Assembly (NCBI RefSeq): GCF_000181795.1
Contig: NW_003526943.1
Span: 1,607,647 to 1,671,646, forward strand
Direction of reading: 5' to 3'
Length of the DNA: 64,000 nucleotides
From: Trichinella spiralis
Lineage: Eukaryota
The stretch's first letter is position 1; every line of letters begins with the position of its first letter. Both the position numbers and the translations under genes were made by a program. Positions 54,359 to 64,000 of this stretch are shown here, one piece after another. The notes below the pieces were generated by a model. The model was not told the origin of the DNA. It did not search any database and saw only the letters and a list, made by a program, of their open reading frames with translations.

Positions 54359-57300
54359 ATGTCGAGAAAAGTAACTCCTCCGGGTAGTTTGGTCAGTGCC
54401 GATTCAGTGACTGGGATCAAACCTTTGTCAAGAGCGTTGCAAGTTGCGGTCGTGATCGACTTGCTGATCAAAGATGGTCTGCCGATAAGGCAGCTAGTTT
54501 GGGATGAGTTGCAAAAATTGGACGAATCTACCAATATGAACATGCAAGTAAGTGTGTGTGGGTGTGTGTGGATTGAAAATAGGTATGCAGTGTTTTTAAA
54601 TTTTGTTCCAAATATAGTACATTCCGTTTGAAAAATTGGATTTTGGAGAAATATCCAGTTTGGATATGTTCTACAATGCCGATTTGGCAATTGTCGACGT
54701 GAGCGTCTCTAGCCAACGGACGACGTTGTGCTATCATTTGGGCGTTCGCGAAAGTATGCACCAAGATTACAACATTGTACTTTGCTCTTTCGAAGAGAAA
54801 CGCCAGCCGATGTCGTTCATGTTCATGGTGAATAATTTTTTTTTCTGTTTTTTTCTTCTGTAGTCTTTTTCACTTGTACTATCTTTTCAAGGTTCCATTC
54901 AACAATTACAAACCGCTGATATGTACCACGTCTGATAATGCGCTGATTGCGGTTGAATGCAGCCAATTTTTCCCCGGCATGTCTTCAAACGCGATCTTGG
55001 CCAGCGGTAATAACAGCTCATTTCGGACGAAAATCAAAAAGCTGTTGAAAGACGTGCAAATTGACGCGACGTTAGTCTGTTGTTGTTCGTGCTTCATTGG
55101 AATATGATTTATTTATTTGTTCGTTTGTTCAGTGCACATGTGAAGGAGAAATTTTTGGCCGACCTACGTCAGGCGCGGCAGAAGTGCGAAGGCGGCGAGC
55201 TGAGCGTTGTGCTCGATCGACTGCGAATGCGCCTCGACGATCCGGACGTATTGTCCGTGGATACTGTAGTCAACATGCTTTTGTCGTACAGGTTCAAATT
55301 TTATTTGTACAGTTGTACGTGTTGACATGATAATTGTTTTTTTTCCATTAATTCATTTAACAGAGATATTCAAAATTACAATGCCATGGTCTCTTTGGTA
55401 GAGGACGTTTCCAGTTTACCGTATGACAAAATTCACGAATCACCAGCGGTGCAGTTCAATTATGCGTTTGCGTTGAATCGGTTTGTGTGTGTTTATTATT
55501 ATTATTAATAATATTAATATTATTTTAATTGGATTTTCAATTTAGTCGAAATAAAGATAAAGATCGTGACAAGGCGTTGAGCGTGACTTTGGATTCGTTG
55601 TCAAGCCAAGAGAATCAGGTGCCAGATTTTCTCTGCTTAGCCGGACGTATTTATAAGGACAAATTGGCCGAATCGAACTTTGCCGACGTTGAAGCACGCG
55701 ACGCGGCAATCCACTGGCAAGTTTTATCGATTTATTAATTTATTTTTCAAATTGTAATTTTTTTAAATAGGTATCGGAAAGGTTTTGAAATTCAACCGAA
55801 CGAATACGCAGGAATTAATTTAGCCACGTTGTTAGTGATCGCCGGTGAAACGTTTCAGACGAGTTCAGAATTGCAGCAAATTGGTTATAGTTATTATTTA
55901 AATTTTCCTTTTTATTCTCGAAATTGTTCTATTGTTGTTGTTGTTGTTGTTATAGCTGTGATTTTGAGCGGCTTGTTGGGACGGAAAGGTTCGTTGCAAG
56001 ATTTGAAAGATTACTGGGATGTGGCGACATTTTTTGAAATCAGCGTTCTCGCGGAAAATTACGCCAACTCTTGCCAAGCTGCTTATCACATGTTTTTGCT
56101 CAAGCCGCCCGCCTGGTAATTGAGAATAATTTTTGAAAGAAAAAAAAAGTATTTTAATTGAAAAATTTTATCCATTATAATCTATCAGGTTTCTCAAGTC
56201 GACAATTGGCAATATCAAATTGATCAAACGTTTTCGAGAAACGTTGAATCGAAGCATGCCTGAAAATCAGTTCGACTACCGGCAGTTTTTGTTTTGGATG
56301 GAATTTTTCGTGGAAAATACCAAATCGGACGAAATTTGCACCGATACCAGATTTCCAGTGTTGACCATGGAGCCGAGTAAGGTGAGTGAGAGCTTGGCAA
56401 GCTTAGCCGCTTGCATGCAGACGGATGTCGAATGAATGTTCAGATCTACATACCGAGCTACGTGTTGGTGAATGAGGAGAGCAAAGCGATTTCCCTTTGG
56501 CACGTCGAAGATACGAATCGGAAAAATTTGACGCAGTGGATTTTTCCGGCCGAATCGATCCGGGCCGTCAGTGCGGCCAGAAGAGACGAACGGGCCGTCT
56601 ATTTGTACGTCTATTTAAATAGCGACGATTTTATGCTCTTCTTTCCGTCGGACAATCACCGAAAGCGGTTTGTTGTTTAATTAATTAATTATTTATTTAT
56701 TTTTTTTGCAATTATTAATTTTAATAATTTTTTTTGCACCATCGTCTTGTTGTTCAGGTTTTTGCAACTCGTCGAAGAAATAACTTGTTTCGAAGGGACC
56801 AAATTGCTCGCCAGTTACACCGAACTGCAACCGGTTTTGGTAAGAAAAAATTATTTCAATACACTTTTATCAACATACAAATAACAAAAAGGGTTTTATT
56901 AACTTTAAACAAAAGAGAGAGAGAGAGAGAATGAATAAATGCACACACACTGACTGTGAGTTGTTCAAATCACATATATCAATCACATCATATAAAATTG
57001 TACATATATTTGCTTTATCTTTTCTAATTATTTAAATAAACAATTCTGTTATCTCCATGTTGATGGTAATTTCATTAGTATTATTATTAATATTTTTGTC
57101 GATGATGATTTTTCTTTTTCCATTTTCAATATTCCATTGCATCTCTAGTACGAATACGAGACCGACGCGAACGATCAGAGGGTCGTACTTGGCAAAGGTA
57201 CTTTTGGAACAGTTTACGCCGGAAGGGATTTGAACTCGCAGCGGACAATCGCCATTAAAGAAGTTGAAATTAAAAATCACGAGTGGGATTTTGGATTTGG

Positions 57301-60300
57301 TTTAAAATTTAAAATTTAAATTTAAATTACCATCTTGTAGAGAAGTGCAACCGTTGATGGAAGAAATTCAACTCCATTCCACCCTCGTCCATCCGAACAT
57401 TGTGCAATATTTAGGTTGTGAGGTGTCGGATGATAATCGCATTTTTCGAATATTCATGGAACAAGTGCCCGGCGGTATTTTATCATCTATTCTGCTCTGC
57501 TTTATCTGTTCTTGACTTGCTTTTTGCATAATTCATTTTCCAGGCAGTTTGTCGTTGTTGCTCCGCAACAAATGGGGTCCACTGATCGACAACGAAACCA
57601 CCATTGCCTATTACGCCAGGCAAATATTAGAAGGCTTAAATTATCTGGTAAATTGAAATCAAATTGCAAATTTATATATGCATATTTTTTTTGTTGAATT
57701 TTTAGCATTCGCAAAAAATTGTCCATCGTGATATCAAAGGTGACAACGTTCTGGTCAACACTTACAGCGGTCAGTGTAAAATATCCGACTTTGGCACTTG
57801 CAAACGTCTGGCCGGACTGAATCCCATTGCCGACACGTTCACCGGTTTGTGTTCACCGGTTGTGGTTGGTTGATTTGCACGGTGATATTTCATTCTTTTT
57901 TTTTCCCACCATATTCAGGCACTTTGCAATACATGGCTCCGGAAGTGATTGATCAGGGAATGCGAGGTTACGGTGCTCCGGTAGAATATTATTTTTTTCA
58001 ACTATTGTTAATGCAAATTATTTTCATCTTCATTTTTTGTTCGTTCAGGCTGACATTTGGTCATTTGGCTGTACAATGATTGAAATGGCATCCGGCAAGC
58101 CTCCATTTGTTGAGGTGTTGATTTTTTGAGCGGAAACGTTTAATTAATTAATTAATTAAATTTTATTGTTCAAATTTTAGCTCGGCTCTCCTCAAGCTGC
58201 CATTTTCAAAGTTGGAATGTTCAAAGCTCATCCGCCCATTCCGGAAGGGCTTTCCAATCAAGCTAAACAACTGATCGAAAGGTTTGTTTTGCAGAAAGAA
58301 AAAAAATTCAAAAGCAAACAAAATAATGTGCATATATATATATATGTTTGCTTGTTTTGTTTGGTATTTCAGGTGCTTCGAACCCGACCCGAACAAACGA
58401 CCCACCGCCGTTCAACTTTTGGTCGATCCATTTTTTGAGCAGTATAGAGTTTTTAATTTTTACTATTTACTTATTTGTTTGTTTGTTTGTTTGTTTATAT
58501 GCTAATTTTCAAAAATGGAAATTTTTTTCCCCCGTTTTTCAGAATTCGCTTTCGTCGAATTGCAAAGCCCGCCCTGGAAAGTGGCTACCGTGATTCTAGT
58601 ATTCGCTACTCTTCTGTTTCTATTCCTGAGTCAAATTTTTCTATGTAGGTCGATTTTATGCTCGTTCTATCTCGTGCGTCAATTCACAGTCAGACCAGAA
58701 GCGAGAGTAAAATATTTATTTATTTATTTATTTATTTATTTATGTTCAGTTCATTCATCATTTCGGTTTATTTCTTTTATCGCTTGAGCTTGCTTGCTTA
58801 TTTTATTTTATTTTATTCTATTTGTAAATATTATTTTTTTTCTTGTTCATATTTTTTGGGGATATTATTATTTTTATTGTTGTTGTTGTTGTTTATACCT
58901 TTTGTTTTGTCTTCAACTGCTATAGTATAGTGTTTATCGGTATAAAACTGTTTATTTATAGTTTTGTTTATTATTTTTCTTATAGCTTTTTTACGTATTT
59001 ATTTTTTTATTAGTTGACAAAGTAAAACAAGCATACATATTTGTACATGATAATTACAGTATCAGTTGTTGCATATCATCTCTTGTACGTCTGCGTGTGT
59101 GTATGTATGTGTGTGTATCTGTACATTTGTAGCATGAACAGCAACAGGGTGTTATTATATTATTATCGCTATTGAAAGAATTCTGCATTATTTTTATTAT
59201 CTTCTTATTTCTTGCTATCTTCTACTTATTGTTTTTTATTGCATTTTTACTCGACTAACTTTTTTTACAATTTTTTTGTGATTCAATTTTTGACCAGGAC
59301 TGCAAACGCTATATATTTTCGAACTGATAAATATTTTTTCATAACAATTTATCACAAAATTTCAAAAATTATTTGCATTTTTTAGCATAGTATGTGTGTT
59401 TTTTATTCATTGTTCAGTCGAACGTGTTTGTAAAACTTTGAATGAAAAGAAAAAATAGCGTACTGTTGTAGTCCTGGTCAAGAAAGCTGATTTTCAAGTT
59501 GTCTACTGATTTAGATCTAGTCGGCTGTCTTCGTCGTCTTTGCTGGCTTTGAATGAACTGAGCGACAGTTCGGCCATTCAAGAAAGACATCCGAGCAGTG
59601 CTGGGCACGATTCAGCGGCGTCGAAATTTTTCATGCTCCGCAAAGATTCCGAAAGACGCGACACTCTTGCCACAATAATGACCGAATATGAAAATCAAGT
59701 ATTATTCGATTATTATGCACAAAATTGAAATATTATTTATTTTGAAAAAAAAAATATATTTTTCAGATAATCGATCTTTGGCTATCTTCGATTGGGAGTG
59801 GTGCGAATTCGGATGTTGCAGTTAGTGCGGTATTCGGATCAGAGTTTTATTTGTTGTTTGATGTTGAAAAAAAAAACATTTTTTTTATTTTCATAATTTC
59901 TTCAGAATATACTTAGAACACTGTTGACTTGTATGCGAAAGTACATTTTTGACAAAGATTCCACAAAAGTACGAACAGTTGCAGGTAAGTGATTATTTTT
60001 TCATTTGCAAAATTTGGCAATTGAAGAAAAAAAAAGACAGTTCATTTTCTTTCAAATCTACCTCAACAATTATTTTTCATCATCAGTGGTTCGTTTCCAC
60101 ATGTATAAAATATATTTTGATTGATCGATTTAATGATCATTGCGTTAGAATTTTCTTTTTTTTTATTATTTACTTGATGTTAATGTCACAAGTTTTGGAA
60201 ATGACTTGAAGACAAAACAATCGCATGGTTTTTATTTATTAAAATTAAAATTATTCAGTGTATTTTTTTCAATCGTGGCAACAAACTTTTTTACGTGGAA

Positions 60301-61343
60301 AAATGTATCTAGTTAGTCGTATTTGTTTCATTTCAAATAATACTCATTTGAATATTAATTCATGTTCGATATTATACTTTTTTTTGTTTTTTTTTGATAT
60401 GAAATTGTATTATTTTTATAAATTTGTACTTTGACACTTTATATCTATCCGAAGTTTATGCTTAACTATTTTCAGTTGTGATGGTTGACATTATTTATGT
60501 TATTGTTGTTATTGTTGTTCATTGTGATGGTGTTTTAAATAGTAGTATAATTGCAGGGAATGGACACATTGATCCTCCGATATTTACAGGTTTGAATTTA
60601 AATTTAAATTTTCTGTCTAAATGCACTGACGACTTTTGTAAATTATTTTTCACCGTACAGATTTAGATGTTTTTTTTTGTTGTTAGCAATTTCAAGCTCC
60701 TGTAGATGATCTGCACCTCCTATCCCCTCTTTGTATTTGACGATTCTCTTGACTGAATTATTTCAAAGATGATTTTTTACACGCATACGTGTCTCTGTGT
60801 GTGTAGAGATAGAAATAATGAAGCAAAGCGTACTCACCAATGCTTGCCCGTATTTGCTTCTCTCATATACTAAAACAGTAGAATAAAAATCAAACAAACA
60901 AACAAACAAATACTACACTCTACTGTAGCATATTATTAGTATTGTTTTTCTTGAACTGTGACTCTATTGCTTGCTCGAACTTATTTTGCTTACACCGCTT
61001 AGCCAGTTTAGTTGTACAGTTAGTTAGTCTAATGCGTAGTCTTTACGTAGATACCAAAGCGTATATGCAAAAACACGTACACATATGTATATATCATATG
61101 AATGTTTTTGCTTGTTTGTCTGTTTATTTTGTTATTTGCAAGCTTTTTTTTGGTGACGTGTTTAAAATGCGTAGAATTTTTACATGCATCAGCGTGTAGT
61201 TTGTTGGTCAGTTAGTTAGAATATGGAAAAAGTAATCTTTTTCTTAATGTTTTAGACGAAATAAGATGTTTGATCAGCTCTGGTGCAACGTCAAACACCA
61301 ACATCCGTCTTGCTCTTTACGCTTTTCAGGATGTGGTGAGATT

Positions 61344-61377
<34 letters not shown>

Positions 61378-62742
61378 GTATGTTTCATATTTTCCCACTC
61401 AGATGCATTATGTGCTTCGACAACAGCGCATCAAACCTCACTGGATGTTCGCTTTGGACAATTTGATTCGGTCATGCGTGCAGTGTGTTGTTGAGATGCT
61501 TCTTCCAGGTGAGATAGATGGATTGTTGTTATTGCTTGGATTTGGCTGTTTGAGAAAAAAAAGCATGTTCAGATGCAATATCGAATTTGTCGGTTCAAGA
61601 TTCGGACGGATCATCTTCGTATTCGTCGGTCGTGTCGGCGAAATCACCGATTGTACCGTCGTTCGGTTACAACGACTTTGGCTTTACCAATTCACTGACC
61701 AAGCAGCTTCGAAAAGAGTTGAAAGATTACACGGCCGAAAATCAGAGGTAGACAGATATACAGATATGAGAGGGAGAGGCAGAGGGGGGGAGACAGAGAG
61801 AGAGAAATTTTGCCCCATGATGGGTGATTTATTTAATTGTGAATTTCAAACAGGCTTCTGGGTGAGCTGTTGAAATTGTACACATGTTATCAGAAATTGT
61901 TGAAACCGTTGACCGAGCACATAGAACAAAAGTTGACGGCCACCACCACCACCACCACCATTAAGTGCGCCGGCGGCGGCAGCAGCAGCAGCAGCAACAG
62001 CAGCGGCATTTGTGCTGCTGGAAGGAGCAGAAAAGCCGAAGAGCAGCAGCAGATGATCCGACGAAATTCCGCACCGGCAACAACAAGCTCGATAGCAGCC
62101 GAAACGAGGAAGTTGGTTGCATGCACGCAATTATTGCACTAACGAGGTGATAATGATAATCAGCTTGGTTTCAGATGTTCCCTGATTGTTGAAGAGGAGG
62201 GTGTTGGTGGTGTGGAGTCGTCGGCGTCGGCGTCGTCTTCGTTGCTTGACAACAGCAGTGATGACTACCAGGAAGGCAAATCTTGGACGAAGGATTCATC
62301 GTTACCAAAAAATGAGTAACAGAGCAACATAATTTGTTGGATTTTTTCACTAGTTGTTTTGTCTCATGTGCAAAATTGTCATTCAAATTTTATAGTGATG
62401 ATGGTGGTCGTGACGCTTTGGTCAATTGGTTGAAAGAGTTGAACGTCGACGAACGGTCGATTGAAATTCTGACAAATCATCAGTACACGTTGCAAGACTT
62501 GATGGAGATGGTCACGCGGGAAGAGTTGCTTCACATCGGCTTGAAGTGAGCCAGCTAGCTATAAGTGAAATGGAATCAATTTTGACGAACTGTGTGCATT
62601 GTTTTGCAGAGGTGGTGTTTGTTGTCGTCTTTGGCGAAGCATCGTTTCGCAGAGGAGAAGCTTTTGTGCTAGTAGCAGCACTGCTGCTACTACTGTTGCA
62701 GCAACTGACGAAGCAGACCGAAGAGAAAACAATAATGACTGA
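54359..62742 (+). CDS. nsy-1: MAP kinase kinase kinase ASK1/NSY-1 family (multi-exon span)
   Basis: [26 protein letters not shown] region ([18 protein letters not shown]), PH-like domain, kinase ([33 protein letters not shown]), [21 protein letters not shown], and a C-terminal SAM (LVNWLKEL...[15 protein letters not shown]). Confidence 0.95.
61344..61376. repeat. (TTG)n microsatellite, intronic
   Basis: About 11 TTG units inside a short ASK1 intron. Confidence 0.9.
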
Positions 62743-63102
62743 TTTATCAATAATAATTATATATAAAATGGAATATTATTAAGCAAAATGTAAACGAGCA
62801 TTTTTTGCAGTTTTGCTACCTTCTATATATATATATTATATGCTTATTTTGAACTGCTGTTTTAAAATTAATTGTACAACGAACGCTTGTGAGCTGAGCT
62901 TGGATTAAAACATTTAACACGTTTTTATTGTGTGACAAAGTGTGGGCAAAAGAGAAAGAGATGAATGAAATTTTAAAGTTATATAATGATAACTTTAAAC
63001 TCGACCGTTGTTTAAAGTGAGCATGAACAACCAACAAACACACAACGACAAGTTGAGTCAGAGTTGTACGCGTTCATTTCTGTCTTCTGTCTCAGTTTTG
63101 CC

Positions 63103-63579
63103 ATGTCCGACAACCACGACGACAAAGACGCAGCAAACAAGGAGCAAAATGGCGAAAAATCCCAAACTCAGATGGATGAAGAAGCAAGTGCATCATCATT
63201 TTCTTCATCATCCACTTCGGGTTTTTGATTATTATTTCAATTTCAGTTTTTAAAAATGAATTTCAAATTATCATTTTTTTTCCTTTTTCAAGAAATTTCC
63301 ACCGATGGTGAACAAAGCAACAAAGTGAGCTTTTCCAACCTGGTCGACGTGAAGGACACGCCCACAGACCAGCTAAGACCGCACCGGACGCAGAAGGGTC
63401 GCTTGTCGCCTTGTAACATGCGCAAGCGTTGGGTGATGGCGAAAATTTACAAAATGGGCGGTCACATTCGCGATCGAAAGACCAAATCGTTGATCGAGAT
63501 AAAACCCGGCACGAAGATGCCCGAAGGCAACAGCAAATCCAAACCCCCAGACGATGACTACCTGTTCTATTCTGAATAA
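63103..63579 (+). CDS. Small hydrophilic orphan protein (~134 aa, exons 63103-63220 and 63293-63579)
   Basis: gccATG follows a tctcag acceptor. A phase-1 GT-AG intron joins MSDNHDDKDAANKEQ...SSTS to EISTDGEQSNKVSFSNLV...PPDDDYLFYSE*. Exon GC is elevated and AATAAA overlaps the stop. Confidence 0.7.
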
Positions 63580-63806
63580 AATACTCAACAGACAATCTAT
63601 AAATCGATCTATTTGTCATTTCTTTTATTTATTTATTGTTTACCTAATAACTATTCATTTTTGAATATTGACTGTTATAATTTATTATCAAAATAAAAAA
63701 ATTTAAATTTTATTTTATCTTTAATCCATAACCAACCCGAAAAAGAATACATATTTATCACATGCACATATATATATATATATAGTAGGTATGTATACAG
63801 TTGTCT

Positions 63807-64000
63807 TCTTCCTGTACGTTGGCCATTAGAAGTTACTTTGAATATTTGGGAAGGAAAAAAAATATATATATACGAATTCGTCTTCCTGTACGTTGACCAT
63901 TAGAAGTTACTTTAAATATTTAGAATGAAAAAATATATACGAATTCGTCTTTCTGTACGTTGGGCATAAGAAATTACTTTTGAATATTTCGGATGAAAAA
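63807..64000. repeat. Tandem repeat, ~67-74 bp unit, about 3 copies, running off the window end
   Basis: tcttcctgtacgttggccattagaagttactttgaatatt... recurs at 63807, 63881 and 63948 with a variable A/AT tract. Confidence 0.92.

Noticed and set aside
54079..54690. 203-aa antisense ORF over the ASK1 5' end, and an in-frame upstream ATG (54122) interrupted by TGA at 54278
   Set aside because: The antisense frame mirrors ASK1 codons and crosses intron-like tracts; read-through of the upstream frame has no supporting feature.

Overview
AT-rich, gene-dense eukaryotic DNA with many short (~45-70 nt) introns. The divergent DNase II-like gene, intron style and splice acceptors sitting just before start codons point to a clade I nematode, most likely Trichinella (inference). 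About 20 protein genes were reconstructed by reading exons across introns: BCAT, a DNase II-like gene with a Q/Y/G repeat tail, DOHH, a divergent Rpt4, HID1, SF3A3, LSM3, POLR3F, PIGK, DIMT1, PRKCSH, a PLEKHM2-like gene, MED6, COX17, SEC20/BNIP1, SAP18, a short nucleoporin-like gene, NSUN2, ASK1/NSY-1 and a small orphan. A GC-rich 4.18-kb BEL/Pao LTR element with identical 272-bp LTRs and a GTTAT target-site duplication lies between PIGK and DIMT1. Main observations: (1) intronless COX17 and SEC20 are only 14 nt apart with no splice acceptor or polyA signal between them, suggesting a true dicistronic mRNA; (2) the retroelement has lost RT, RNase H and the integrase core but keeps one open 1,200-codon frame; (3) its primer-binding site is a 39-nt copy of tRNA-Tyr positions 38-76 rather than the usual 18 nt or less; (4) at least seven GC-AG introns, mostly with non-consensus donors, and one GT-AT intron. 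All gene models were built by eye; no database searches were run, and CDS coordinates are start-to-stop spans including introns.
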